Notes: a model not told the origin generated them from the letters alone. DNA of 64,000 nucleotides from the human T2T-CHM13v2.0 reference genome, Homo sapiens (GCF_009914755.1 NC_060934.1), one strand, 5' to 3'. Shown: positions 35,570-50,826, counted from the first letter of the stretch. A program made the numbers and translations.

Positions 35570-37135
35570 AATAGGAAAATGTCTGTATTCCAACTTTTCT
35601 TTTTTGAGATTGTTTGAGCTCCAGGGTCCCTTGACTTTCTATACACCTTTTTTGACAACTTTTAAACTTATGTAAAAATAAATAAATCAAGTAAGTAGAA
35701 TTTTGATATTGTATTAAACCTGAAGGTCAATTTGGGAAGTACTGTCATCTAACAACATTGTCTTTCTAACAATCAACATAGAAAATGTTATAATTTACTT
35801 AAGTTTATTTTAATTTATTTCAATAACATTTAGTGGTTTTCAGTGTACACATATTGAATTTCTTTTTCAAAATTTATATGCAAGTATGTATTTTATGTAA
35901 CTGTAAATGAAATTGGTTTACTAATTTCATTTTTGGAATTTTCATTGCTAGTGTATATAAATGAAATGAATTTTTGTAAATTGATACTTTATCTTGCCAT
36001 CTTAGTGAATCTGTTTAATGGCTTTTGGGTGGATTCCTTGGGACTTTTACATACAAAACCATATTATCTGCAAACAGAGATTGGTAGATTTCTTCCTTCC
36101 CAATATAGATTTTTTTTATTCATTTTTCTTATTTAATTATGCTGACTAAAGCTTCCATCACAATATTGATTAGAAATAGTGAGAATAGACCTATTTTGTG
36201 TCTGATCTTAGAAGAAAAGCTTAAAGTCTTTTTAACCATTAAGTTCGATAGTAACTGTGGGCTTTATGCAGATGCTCATGATCAGCTTGACAAAGCTTCT
36301 TTTTATTCCCAGTTTTTTTAAAAAAATCTTTTAGTATTTTTTTTAATCATGAAAGAGTATTGGATTTTTTCAAATAATTGTTCTGCAAATATAGAGCTAA
36401 TCATATGGTTTCTGTACTTTATTCCATTGATGTGGTGTATTACATTAATTGATTTTCAGATGTTATGCTAACCTTGCATTCCTGTGGTAAATCCCAGTTG
36501 GCTGTGGTAGATAATTAGTTTATGATAATTTTTTATGTTGCCATATTCATTTTACTAGTATTTTGCACCTATATTCATAAAAGATATTGGTTTGTACTTC
36601 ATTGTAATATATTTATATGGTTTGGATATCAGGTTGAACTGGCCTTATTAAGTGAGTTGGCAGTATTAAGACTGGAATTTACTTTGTGCAATGGTTTTTG
36701 ATTACTAATTTGATCTCTTTGCTTATAATATGTCTATTCAAATTTTCTATTTCTTTTAGAAAAGTTGCAGTAATTGCTATTTTCCTAGGAAGATCATTAA
36801 ATAAAACTTATTCATTTCATCTAACTTACTCATTGGCATACAATTGTTCATAGTACTTCCTTATAGCTTTTTATTATTCTGTAGGATTGGTAGCCATGGC
36901 CTCTCTTTCATTCTTAATTTTTGTAAGTTTCAATTTTATTGTTTTATCTATTTTTTTCTATTCCACGTTTTATTTATTTCTGCTCTAATTTTTGTTATCT
37001 CCATTCTTCTTTAGTTTAGTACTTTCACTTGCCCTTGCTTTTCTAGTTTCTTAGGCTGAAGATTCTATTGCTACTTTAAAATTATTCTCCTTTTAAAATA
37101 AGCATTCCCACCTATAAATTTCTCCCCAAGCATTA
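35570..37135 (-). mobile_element. Ancient L1M ORF2 fragment
   Basis: Antisense L1 text, e.g. ttttcattgctagtgtatata..atctgcaaacagaga..accttgcattcctg..tatttctgctctaattttt..ctataaatttctc. Confidence 0.8.
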
Positions 37136-37526
37136 GCACTGAAAGTGCTAGCTAGAGCAATCAGGCACGGGAAAGAAATAAAAGGCATCCAAATAAGGAG
37201 TGGAAGTCAAATTATCCCTGTTTGCAGAGGATATGATTCAATACCTAGAAAAACTTAAAGACCCCACTAAAAGGCTCCTATGACTGATGAATGACTTCAA
37301 CAAAGTTTCAGGGTACAAAATCAGTATATAAGAATAAGTAGCATTTCTAAAAATACTAATGTTCAAGCTGAGAGGCAAATCAAGAATGCAATCTCATTTA
37401 CAATAAGCACAAAAAACTAAAATATCCAGGAATACATCTAACCAAGGAGGTGAAAGATGTCTATATGGAGAACTGAAAAACACTGCTAAAGGAAGTCACA
37501 GATTACAAAAACAAATGGAAAAAACA

Positions 37527-40500
37527 GAAGTAGGCTTCAGAAGGTGGGTAATAACAAACTCCTCCAAGCTAAAGGAGCATGTTCTAACCCAATGGAAGTA
37601 AGCTAAGAACCTTGAAAAAAGGTTAGATGAATTGTTAACTAGAATAACCAGTTTAGATAAGAACATAAATGATCTGATGGAGCTGAAAAACACAGCAGGA
37701 GAACTTCTTGAAGCATACACAAGTATCAACAGATGAACCTATCAAGCAGAAGAAAAAATATCAGGTACTGAAGATCAACTTAATGAAATAAAGCATAAAG
37801 GCAAGATTAGAGAAAAAAGAATGAAAAGGAATGACCAAAGCCTCCAAGAAATATGGGACTATGTGAAAAGACCAAACCTACATTTGATTAGTGTACCTGA
37901 AAGTGATGGGGAGAATGGAACCAAGTTGAAAAACACTCTTCAAGAAATTATCCAGGAGAACTTCCCCAACCTGGCAAGACAGACCAACATTCAAATTCAG
38001 GAAATATGGAGAACATCACAAAGATATTCCTCGAGAAGAGCAACCCCAAGACATAATCATCAGATTCACTAACGCTGAAATGAAGGAAAACATGTTAAGG
38101 GCAGTCAGACAGAAAGGTCATGTTATCCACAAAGGGAAGCCCAGCAGAATAACAGTGGATCTCTCTGCAGAAACCCTACAAGCCAGAAGAGAGTGGGGGC
38201 CAATATTCAACATTCTTAAAGAAAAGAGTTTTCAAACCAGAATTTCATATCCAGGCAAACTAAGATTCATAAGTGAAGGAGAAATAAAATCCTTTACAGA
38301 CAAGCAAATGCTGAGAGATTTTTGTCACCACCAGGCCTGCTTTACAAGAGCTCCTGAAGGAAGCACTAAATATGGAAAGGAAAAACCAGTACCAGCCACT
38401 GCAAAAACAAAGCAAATTATAAAGACTATCAACACTATGAAAAGACTGCATCAACTAACGAGCAAAGTAACTAGCTAACATCATAATGACAGGATCAAAT
38501 TCACACATAACAATATTAATATTAAATGTAAATGGGCTAAATGCCTCAATTAAAAGACAAAGACTGGCAAATTGGATAGAGTCAAGACCCATTGGTGTGC
38601 TGTATTCAGGAGACTCACCTCACGTGCAAAGACACACATAGGCTCAAAATAAAGTGATGAAGGAATATTTACCAAGCAAATGTAAAGCAAAACAAAGCAG
38701 GTGTTGCAATCCTAGTCTCTGATAAAACAGGCTTTAAACCAACAAATAGCAAAAAAGACAAAGAAGGGCATTATATAATGGTAAATGGATCAATGCAACA
38801 AGAAGAGCTAACTATCCTAAATATATATGCACCCAATACAGGAGCAGCCAGGTTCATAAAGCAAGTTATTAGAGACCTACAAAGAGACTCGGACTCCCAC
38901 ACAATAATAGTTGGAGACTTTAACACTTCACTGTCAATTTTAGACAGATCAACGAGACAGAAAATTAACAAGGATATTCAGGACTTGAACTCAGCTCTGG
39001 ACCAAGTGGACCTAATAGACATCTACAGAACTCTCCACCCAAAATCAACAGAATATATATTCTTCTCAGCACCACATCACACTCCTTCTAAAATTGACCA
39101 CATAATTGCAAGTGAAGCACTCCTCAGCAAATGAAAAAAAAAAAAAAAACAGAAATCATAGCAAACAGTCTCTCAGACCACAGTGCAATCAAACTAGAAC
39201 TCAGGATTAAGAAACTCACTCAAAACCACACAACCACATGGAAAATGAAAAACCTGCTACTGAATGACTACTGGGTAAATAACAAAATTAAGGCAGAAAT
39301 AAATAAGTTCTTTGAAACCAATAAAAACAAAGACACAATGAACCAGAATCTCTGGGACACAGCTAAAGCAGTGTTTAGAGGGAAATTTATAGCACTAAAT
39401 GCCCACAGGAGAAAGCAGGAAAGATCTAAAATCGACACCCTAACATCACAATTAAAAGAACTAGAGAAGCAAGAGCAAATTCAAAAGCTGGCAGAAGACA
39501 AGAAATAACTAAGAACTGAAGGAGATAGAGACACAAAACCCCTTCAAAAACATCAATGAATCCAGGAGCTGATTTTTTGAACAGATTAACAAAATCGATA
39601 AGTCACTAGCCAGAATAATAAAGAATAAAACAGAGAAGATCAAATAGACACAATAAAAAATGATAATGGAGATTTCACCACTGATCCCACAGAAATACAA
39701 ACTACCATCATGGAATACTATGAACACCTCTATGAAAATAAACTAGAAAATCTAGAAGCAATGGATAAACTCCTGGACACATACACCATCCCAAGACTAA
39801 ACCAGGAAGAAGTCAAATCCCTGAATAGACCAATAACAAGTTCTGAAATTGAGGCAGTAATTAATAGCCTACCAAACAAACAAAAAAAGCCCAGGTCCAG
39901 ACAGATTCACAGCTGAATTCTACCAGAGGTACAAACAGGACCTGAAACTATTCCAAACAATAGAAAAAGAGGGAATCCTCCCTAACTCGTTTTATGAGGC
40001 CAGCATCATCCTAATACCAAAACCTGGCAGAGACACAATAAAAAAAGAAAATTTCAGGCCAATATCCCTGATGAACACTGATGCAAAAATCCTCAATAAA
40101 ATACTGGCAAAACGAATCCACCAGCACATCATAAAGCTTATCCACCCCAAACAAGTCAGCTTCATCCCTGAGATGCAAGGCTGGTTCAACATACACAAAT
40201 CAATAAACGTAATCCATTACATAAACAGAGCAAATGAAAACAACCACATGATTATCTCAATAGATGTAGAAAAGGCCTTTGATAAAATTCAACACCCCTT
40301 CATGCTAAAAACTCTCAATAAATTAGGTATTGATGGAATGTATCTCAAAATAATAAGAGCTATTTATGACAAACCCACAGCCAGTATCATACAGAGTGGG
40401 CAAAAGCTAGAAGCATTCTCTTTGAAACCCAGCACAAGACAAGGATGCCCTCTGTCACCACTCCTATTCAACATAGTATTGGAAGCTCTGGCCAGGGCAA

Positions 40501-42530
40501 TCAGGCAAGAGAAAGAAATAAAGGATTATTCAAGCAGGAAGAGAAGAAATCAAATTGTCTCTGTTTGCAGATGACATGATTGTATATTTAGAAAACCCCA
40601 TTGTCTTAGCCCAAAATCTCCTTAAGCTGATAAGCAACTTCAGAGAAGTTTCAGGATACAAAAATCAATTTGCAAAAATCATAAGCATTCCTTTACACCA
40701 ATAATAGACAAACAGAGAGCCAAATCATGAGTGAACTCCTACTCACAATTGCTACAAAAAGAATAAAGTACCTAGGAACCCAACTTACAAGGGCTGTGAA
40801 GGACCTCTTCGAGAATAACTACAAACCACTGCTCAAGGAAATAAAAGAGGACACAAACAAATCAAAGACCATTCCATGCTCATGGATAGGAAGAATCAAT
40901 ATTGTGAAAATGGCCATACTGCCCGAAGTAATTTATAGATTCAATACTATCCCCATCAAGCTACCATTGACTTTCTTCACAGAATTAGAATAAAACTACT
41001 TTAAATTTCATATGGAACCAAAAAAGAGCCCATATAGCCTAGACAATCCTAAGCAAAAAGAACAAAGTTGGAGGGATCATGCTACCTGACTTCAAACTAT
41101 ACTACGAGGCTACAGTAACCAAAACAACATGGTACTGGTACCAAAACAGGTGTATAGACCAATGGAACAGAACAGAGGCCTCAGAAATAACTCCATGCAT
41201 CTACAGCCATCTGATCTTTGACAAACCTGACAAAAACAAGCAAAAGGGAAAGGATTCCCTATTTAATAAATGGTGTTGGGAAAACTGGCTAGCCTTAGGC
41301 AGAAAACTGAAACTGGACCCCTTCCTTACACCTTATACAAAAATTAACTCTAGATAGATTAAAGACTTAAATGTAAGACCTAAAACTGTAAAAAACCCTA
41401 GAAGTAAATCTAGGCAGTACAATTCAGGACATAGGCCTGGGCAAAGACTTCATGACTAAAACACCAAAAGCAAGGGCAACAAAAGCCAAAATTGACAAAC
41501 AGGATCTAATTAAAATGAAGAGCTTCTGCACAGCAAAAGAAACTATCATAAGAGTGAACAGGCAACCTACAGAATGGGAGAAAATTTTTGCAATCTATCC
41601 ATCTGACAAAGGGCAAATATCCAGAATCTACAAGAACTTAAACAAATTTACAAGAAAAAAACAAATAAAACAAATGAAACAAATGAAACTCCATCAAAAA
41701 GTGAGTGAAGGATATTTACAGACACTTCTCAAAAGAAGACATGTTGCCCACAAACATGAAAAAAAAGCTCATCATCACTGGTAATTAGACAAATGCAAAT
41801 CAAAACCACAATGAGATACCATCTCACACTCGTTAGAATGGTGATCACTAAAAAGTCAGGAAACAACAGATGCTGGAGAGGATGTGGAGAAATAGGAACA
41901 CTTTTACACTGTTGGTGTGAGTGTAAATTAGTTCAACCATTGTAGAAGAGAGTGTTGGCGATTCCTCAATGATATAGAACCAGAAATATCATTTGACCCA
42001 GCAATCCCATTACTGGGTATATAACCAAAGGATTATAAATCATTCTACTATAAAGACACATGCACACATATGGTTACTGCAGCACTGTTCACAATAGCAA
42101 AGACTTGGAACCAACCCAAATGCCCATCAATAATAGACTGGATAAAGAAGAGGTGGCACATATACACCATGGAATACTATGCAGCCATAAAGAAGGATGA
42201 GTTCACGTCCTTTGCAGGGACATGGATGAAGCTGGAAACCATCATTCTCAGCGAACTAACACAGGAACTGAAAACCAAACACTGCACGTTCTCACTCATA
42301 AGTGGGAGTTGATCAGTGAGAACATATGGACACAGGGAGAGGAACATCATGCACCGGGGCCTATTGGGGGGTGGGGGGGTTAGGGGAGGGATAGCATTAG
42401 GAGAAATACTTAAAGTAGATGAGGGGTTGATGGATGCAGCAAACCACCATGGCACGTGTATACTTAGGTAACAAACCTGCACGTTCTGCACTTGTATCCC
42501 AGAACTTAAAGTATAATTTAAAGAAAAAAC
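37527..42530 (+). mobile_element. 5'-truncated L1PA7-like element (~5 kb: partial ORF1, ORF2, 3'UTR)
   Basis: ORF1 remnants (QSLQEIWDYVKRPNL). ORF2 EN, RT and C-terminal remnants. 3'UTR ..gcagcaaaccaccatggcacgtgtata..gtatcccagaacttaaagtataat. Confidence 0.92.
38486..42312 (+). pseudogene. L1 ORF2 (APE endonuclease / reverse transcriptase), disrupted
   Basis: ATGACAGGATCAAAT start. Fragments [50 protein letters not shown] and ttt gca gat gac (FADD), with many stops and frameshifts. Confidence 0.92.
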
Positions 42531-42531
42531 A

Positions 42532-43139
<608 letters not shown>

Positions 43140-44090
43140 TTCCATGCTCATGGACTGCAAGAATCAAAATTTTGAAAATGGCCATACTGCCAAAAGCAAT
43201 CTACAGATTCAATGCTATCCTATCAAACTGCCAATGTGATTTTTCAAATAATTAGAAAAAAACTTCTAAAATTCATATAGAACAAAAAAGAGCTGAAATA
43301 GCCAAAACGATTCTAAGCAAAAAGACAAAAGCCAGAGGCATTACATCATCTGATTTCAAACTGTATTATATGGCTACAGTAAACAAAACAGCATGGTAAG
43401 GGTACAAAAACAGACATATGGAACAATGGAACAGAATAGAGAACCTAGAAATGAAGCAGCACACCTAAAGCCATCTAATCTTTGACAAAGTCAACAAAAA
43501 TAAGGAATGGAGAAGGGATATCCTACTTAATAAATGATGCAAGGACAGCTGTCTAGCCACATGCAAAAGAATGAAACTGGGCCCCTACCTTCCACCATAC
43601 ACAAAAATTAACTCGAGATGGATTAAATATTTAAATATACCCCTTAAACTAAAATAATTCTGGAAGAAAACGTAGGAAACACCATTCTGGAAATCAGCCT
43701 TAGGAAAGAATTTATGACAAGTCCTCAAAAGCAATGGCAACAAAACAAAAATTGACAAGTGGTACCTGATTATACTGAAGAGTTTCTGGCCAGCAAAGAA
43801 AAATATCAACAGAGTAAACAGACAACATAGAGAACAGGAAAAAAATATTATCAAACTATGCATCTAACAAACATCAATATACAGAATCTGTAAGAAACCT
43901 AAACAATTGAACAAGCAAAATCAAACAACCCCATTAAAAATGGACAAAAGACATGAACAGACACTTCTCAAAAGATGACATACAAGTGGCCAACAAACAT
44001 ATGGAAAAAAATGCTCATCATCACTAATCATTCAGAGAAATGCAAATCAAAATCACAATGAGATACCACCTTACATCATTCAGAATGGCT

Positions 44091-44370
44091 GGATGAAATT
44101 TTTGTAACATAGAGCTTGGTTAAATGGAGTAAAGGTGTGAGTCATGGCTCAAATGTCCAGACTCTCACAGTAACCACTGAGAGTTAGTAGATTTTCTTGA
44201 GTGAATGTTTCTCCATTTGCTCTATGCCCTTAGGACAATATCCAGGGTTTGCAAATGACTTGTATTTGTTTAAATATAATTTTCACCCATTAAACTTTTG
44301 TTTTGCTGGAAGGAGCATCTGCTGAGCAACTTAGTCAAGCTCCTTACGCAGTCAACCTAGAAGTCCTGCA
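44091..44370 (-). mobile_element. Ancient L1M 5'-end fragment
   Basis: ggctcaaatgtccagactctcac..gtagattttcttgagtgaatgtttctccatttgc..ttttgctggaaggagc..tagaagtcc. Confidence 0.5.
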
Positions 44371-44594
44371 CCTCCTTCCTTACTTCTTACTTGAATTATT
44401 GCAACCTCTTGACTTGTTTCCCTAATTCTATCGTCACTTGCTGCCAATTGGTTTAGCCACAGTTCCTCCATAGTAAGCTCCACAAATGCAAATCTGACCT
44501 TGCCATTCCACTGCAAAGAACTATCCACTGCAAAGAACTAATTCAAAAGTGCACTTCAACACTTTTCCTGGTAATAATCCATACTCTATAATAT

Positions 44595-45186
44595 GGCTTG
44601 TACAATCCCTGCTGATTTAGCCCTCTCCTACCTTTAGAACATAGTTATTAGCCTCTTATTTTTCTCTTTTCTCACATAGCTCTACTACACAAATGTGAGA
44701 AACAATTATAATTTGTTACTTTTACATTAATTCCCTTCCCTTCTGTTTTGATATATGAGCCTTGGTGAAAAGTAGACCTTTTGGAAACAGGATGGGTTTG
44801 AATATCGTGTCCATCACTTACCCTCGACTGACTTTTCACTTTCTTATCCGTAAGATGGAGATAGTAATAGTAGTTAACATAGGATGACAGGGCTTGTACA
44901 ATCCCTGCTGATTTAGCCCTCTCCTACCTTTAGAACATAGTTATTAGCCTCTTATTTTTCTCTTTTCTCACATAGCTCTACTACACAAATGTGAAAAACA
45001 ATTATAATTTGTTACTTTTACTTTAATTCGCTTCCCTTCTGTTTTGATATATGAGCCTTGGTGAAAAGTAGACCTTTTGGAAACAGGATGGGTTTGAATA
45101 TCGTGTCCATCACTTACCCTTGACTGACTTTTCACTTTCTTATCCGTAAGATGGAGATAGTAATAGTAGTTAACATAGGATGACAG
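44595..45186. repeat. 296-bp tandem duplication
   Basis: 44595-44890 vs 44891-45186: 4 substitutions, no indels. Confidence 0.97.
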
Positions 45187-48100
45187 GGGGTATGAAGTTC
45201 AATGATGTATGCCTGGTAAGCACTCTACAAATGTTGGCTATTGTTATTAATATTCTCCTTTTCTCTTGCTCATCTCACAAATCCATATTCATTTCTCAAC
45301 ATGCAGACTAGATATTTGCAAACATCTTTTCCTGAATGACCTTGCCCCATTCCACACCATGTTCATTACTCCACTTTTTTCCTGTTATACCCAGGACAAA
45401 CATTTACCGTAGCTCTTACCAATAACATGGTAATAGTTTATCTCTGCCTTCCCTCAAACAATTGTGAACATCTTAAGGGCAGAGACTGGACCTTTCTTTT
45501 TTGAATCTTTAGTGCCAGCATCTAGTCTGAGGAAGAAGTTCAGTAAACACAAATTTCCTTTTATGAATTTTGGAAACATCAGGGTTCAGCTGTAGCAGAG
45601 ACAAGAATGCATAGCCATTGCGGAAGATGTCAGAGGTGGAGATTTCTTGGCTCAGGAAAGGTTATTCACTCAGTTGGCTTCCACATCAGTGCCTGGAAGG
45701 GCTATTTTGCCAGCCAGCTGAGTTCTGACTAACACAAAGAACTGGTAATCCAGGCATCCTATCAGGTTCCTACATCTGAACAACTGTGATCCAGCCAAGC
45801 CTTCGTTCATTCCAACTACAGCTAATTTTGATTCCAGCCTCTTCATGTGTTCATGAACTCTTTCTCTGCTAAAGAATTCTACATAAAATTGTTCTTCAAA
45901 ACAGATGATTTATCGGTAATTGTGAAAAAAAAAAAAACAAAAAAACATTTCCCTTGAGCAGCCAATATTCGAGCTGCATATCAGGGTTTACCCTCATCAA
46001 AATCATGATGAAAAAGTGAAGGCTTTGTTTTGATAAATCTGCCAAATTTTGTTTTATCTTTCCACAAACCACAAATCTGAGCGTGGAACATGCCGTGCTT
46101 TTCCATCTGGAATTTCAAAATAGCCCCTTATTAGTTTGGCCACATTTTTCTTTAGGAAAGATTGTCATGTCCAAATTTAGAAATATAATATTTAATCCTG
46201 AGGCTATTTCTTCTGTTTTAAGCTCAGTTCCCACTGTAGAGGAGATTCCTTTCCCTTCATTTAATTATTTTTCTCTGAATACCCTAAAATTAATCATCAG
46301 TTAGAAAATACATGAGAGGTTCAAACACATATACACATTCCTACACACACACGCACAAATTGTCCATCATAACAAAAGTCATCTTTATAAACTCTTGCCT
46401 TTGCATGTAGACAATGCGTTACTCTTTAGATTGTTTGGCAATTACTAGTACAATTTTTGTGGACAAAGATATTTAAATGAAACCTGCATTTTGGCTTATA
46501 GTATGCAGTTTGACTCTCACATCCTAGCTCTTCCTCACCCTTTTCTTTCTTTTTTGTCTGACTTAAACCGCTTCCAGGACAATTCTTTTTTCGGTGTTGC
46601 CTTGACCTCAGAGCATGTAGGTATTATGCAATACCTAACTTTTGTAAAACTGTTCCCTTTCTATACACAGATAATTGAGCTACTGTTTATACAAACATAT
46701 ATTACTGCCCCCTGGGATATTTTGATAATCCTATACACTAAATGCAATAAGATACCCAGTTAACAAATTCCAAGTGGTTCTACTTATTGATTCGTGAACA
46801 TTCACTTGGATTCAAAATATTAACTTAGTATAAGTGATGAAACCATTTAGAAAGAAAAGTCAGTTATAAAATATTTTTAATAAGCTTTCAGTAACTCACA
46901 ATTCCATATTGTGTTTCTGTTTTCTGATGTGCCATTAGTGAGGCTTTCTGGTGGTAGAGGTGCCTCATTCTAGTCAGGTGTTAGAGGACATGGAGCCATT
47001 CCATCACACAAGAATAAAAATAGTATACAATGAGAATTCAGAACACCTGCTCAGCATTAAATATTATTACATTAGAGGTCACAAAAAATGAGGTAGTTAA
47101 TAATAGTTGGCATGCACGGGCTGGTTGACATAACACAGTTTATTGAGATGCTCAACCTCAATGGAGACTCTCAGTATTTCCAGATGCCCAACTTCAATGG
47201 AGATTACATTTTACAGCTGAAAAAAATGGAGGAAAAAAGTTAAAGGATATTCTTTTATCACCTGTGCTTCTGTCACCAATCTGTTTGTATTATTTTCAGT
47301 CAAATAAACTATCCTTCACAGAATATTTGAAATTGAGATTATACACGATTACCCATAACACAGCAAGCAGGGTTCAAAACTGATCTCACAACATGGAGTG
47401 ATGAGTTTAGAATAAGAACATCCTCAGTCTCCAGAATGGGAAAACACAGCCCCATCCCCTTTTAGGCACAGTATGAGAAACCATGGGAAAGAGGTGATCT
47501 ACTTGTGAATGCAAAGCAATTAGTTACTAGATATCCAGGAAAAAAGTCCATCTTGCCACGGAACAAAAAAGATCACCTTTGTGGTGCAGAACAATGCACA
47601 ATTAAATGGATATTATTTTATTTACAACCCAAAGAATAAACTAATCAGGCACTGAGACATTATCTAAAGAGATATGAATCTTCTTTTTTATGACCCTCAA
47701 TATTATGCTTTCTTAGACTTTTTCTGGACCAAAGCCAAGGGTTAAGCACGAAGAAAAAATTAATATGGTTTTCAATGATATCAATTTGTGCCAATAAAAA
47801 AAGTTCAACTGCATATCTCCTTCATCATCCATGAAATAGTCTCACCAATTTCAATATCTGTTAGTCAAAAAGCTGAAGGATGGAGATCAAACAATCCTGA
47901 GGGTCAGAAGTAGACATCACAACCCACAGACACCGCATTCATGACTGAGGTGTGATTGTGCCTTCAGGCTTAAAACTCTGAAATAATTATTTAAGATGCA
48001 AGCTATTTAAAAGAAAATAAAGGGGCATTTCATCCTGATGATCCGATGTATTTATTTGTCTCTATTTTCCTGTTAAATTTAATAAAGTTCCTGAGGTAAA

Positions 48101-48528
48101 GAGGCCCCAAATAATCAATAAACCAAACACATTCTCCATCTCTATGTGACCCTATCCCTAGGTAAAATTTCCATCTGTACATTTGGAATACTTGAGACTT
48201 CTTTTGTAAGAAGCGGAAATTATATTAGAGGGACATGTCAATGGAGACCTGATAAATGAAAGGTACACTCTGCTGGTAGATAGCAGAGCTTACAATAAAA
48301 TTGATACTTGGCTTTGGGATACATACTTACAGGCTTCACCTCAAACTTCCTCATGTTTCGCCGCTAGGACAGAAAGCATTTTCCTCAACTTAGTTCATTG
48401 TGAAATCAGTTGTTATAAACAATAATGACTCTTGTGCAAACTGAGATACTATACCTGAATGAGTCCAGTCTCATTCCCTTGTACCTAAGTGCCAACTGGA
48501 GAGCTGCATTTTAAAAATCAGAATTTTT

Positions 48529-48817
48529 GGCCAGGCATGGTGGCTCATGCTGGTAATCCCGGCACTTTGAGAGGCTGAGGCAGGTGGATCGCTTGAGGTC
48601 AGGAGTGTGAGACCAACCTGGCCAACATGGTGAAACCCCATCTCTACTAAAAATACAAAAAATTAGCCAGGTGTGATGGCAGGCACCTGTAACCCCAGCT
48701 AGTCAGGAGGCTGAGGAACGATAATCGCTTGAACCCAGGAGCCAAGATCACGCCACTGCACTCCAGCCTGGGCAATAGAGCGAGACTCTGTCTCAAACAG
48801 TATAAATAAATAAATAA
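48529..48817 (+). mobile_element. AluS (Sz-like) with ~17-20-bp internal deletion in the right arm
   Basis: gaacccaggag joined directly to ccaagatc. Flanks agaattttt/aaaattttt. Confidence 0.95.
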
Positions 48818-49570
48818 AAATTTTTAATTGAACTTTTTACATGTAGAGGCCATTCTTTTGTTGCAATACTGACATCTCACAATTTGTCAGTTCTTGACTT
48901 TTTACATGTTCTTTTTCTTAAATCTGAATTAAATAATCAGAATTTGGAACTATTGAAAAAGACACATAGTCATAACTAAAATCACCAGCTTTCATATTCT
49001 CCCAAATTCTTGCCCTTCCTGGTGCTCAACCATGAATACCTTGGCTTTCAACTTAAAATCAGCTTTAACTTTTTCCTTAACCAATCAGTTGCCAAAATGA
49101 ATTCAGTTTAGTAAGTATTTATTGGGAGCTTACTATATATCTGGCATGGAGATAGGCAGAAATTTTACCTGTAAATTGAGTGTCAAAGGCAATATCACCT
49201 TTCTACTTTTACTACCCTATTGTAGTAATCTCCTAGTGAGTCTCATTGTCTACTTTCTCTCTTCCCCTATTTATTACATTTACAGGGACTTAACTCAATT
49301 TATCTTGAGAGGTAACACACATATTGTGTCATAAAGAGGACATCAAGATAGCCCAAAACCTCAGTAAAGAAGAAATATGATGGTGTGTCTTAGATCCCAT
49401 TTGAATTCCTTGTTGATATTATCATGTAACTCCAAGACCCAAAACAATTAACTAAGTAGAATTGTTCACCACCATGGTCCAATTGTTCTTTTCCAGAAAG
49501 ATCATTAACTCTAAATTTATAGTTTGTTTAATTATGCCAGTGTATTTACAGTGCTTTCAGCCAATATGAA

Positions 49571-49610
49571 TGTGTGTGTGAGTGTGCGTGTGTGTGTATG
49601 TGTGTGTGTA
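49571..49610. repeat. Imperfect (TG)n microsatellite
   Basis: Direct inspection. Confidence 0.9.
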
Positions 49611-50666
49611 TTGAACTTGTCTCAGCTATTTGCAATTCTGAAACAGATTATATGCATCACTGGCCCTTTCTCATGACATCTTCAAGCATCTCTGTTAAAA
49701 GAACTGGAAGCAACAAAAACTAGGCATTAATTTCTTGAGAATGAATAAAAAGAGTCAAGGCCAGGGAACCTTTATAATCTGGAGCCCATTTCAATTTAGT
49801 AAAATGTGGTCTTCATTTTATGAATGGAAATTTATTCTCATTTGCATTGGCCTATGCTGGAGAAAAGGGTAAACTAGAGAAGTAAACAAAACTCTGCTCT
49901 GCCTTGCTACAACTGTAGAGACACTAAAAATTAAAATGTTTAACACTGCAGGCACAGCCCCACTTCCTTCTGAAACAGGTCATCTTGCTTGTGTTTGTAT
50001 TAGTAGGTTTTTTTCATGTTCATTACAGAATTCTGTGTGGCCAAGGACAGAATTCATTAAATGTGGGCAGGTGGCCTAAAGGATTAATCAGATAAATAGT
50101 ATTCCATTTAGAAAATACTTTTGTTTGTTCTTGTTGCCTCATTTCTCTTCTCCTTACCCTTGACCCTGGATTTCATTTAATCATATATTCACAGATGTCA
50201 GCTCAGTGCTAAGGGGTAAGGTGACATCCACAATTATTCTGTTTGAGGAGAAGGACATTACAGAAGCTGGTGCTTGAAGATCTGTCATAGGTATTAGTTA
50301 TTATTCTCTTCCTGGGAGTATCACCCCATCCAACACCTGGCCAGATCCCTGTATCCAAGAGCATGTTCTAAGGCACAAAGAAATGAATACTAAGCCTACA
50401 AATTAAGGTATTATGGAGTAAATCTCCAAATTCAAAATTTTACTCCCTCATTTACCCTATAACCTCATGGTTACCACTTATATAACTTCTTGAAGACTCC
50501 TTTTTAGCATTTATAAAACAGTAGCAATGAGTGAGCATAAGATGAAATATAATACAAGCAGCCAGTGCCTGGAACAAAGTATTCCCTCAATAGACGTTAA
50601 TGATTTTTTTTTTTATTCTTTTTTGATAATCTTGGGGGTATAAGAGGTTTATGGAGACCTACTCCA

Positions 50667-50826
50667 GTGTTTCTGCTGAGAGCTGAATGCAACAGAATCA
50701 CCCAGACGTGTTTGATTAGAGTTACCCATTTTTTATCGCATACATAGTGAATCAAATGTTATATTTAATACATGTCTAACAATCTTTCTAGGTAATTCTG
50801 GTGGCAGTCAAACTTAGAAACCACTA
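50667..50826. mobile_element. MER5-like hAT MITE
   Basis: cagtgtttct..agaatcacc..tgaatcaaa..taacaa..taggtaattctg..ttagaaaccact. Confidence 0.55.

Noticed and set aside
37527-42530. Potentially active L1 or intact reverse transcriptase
   Set aside because: No 5'UTR promoter, and ORF1 and ORF2 are broken by many stops and frameshifts.
48735-48745. Internal deletion in the AluS right arm
   Set aside because: Simple deletion between GAG microhomologies, which is common in Alus.
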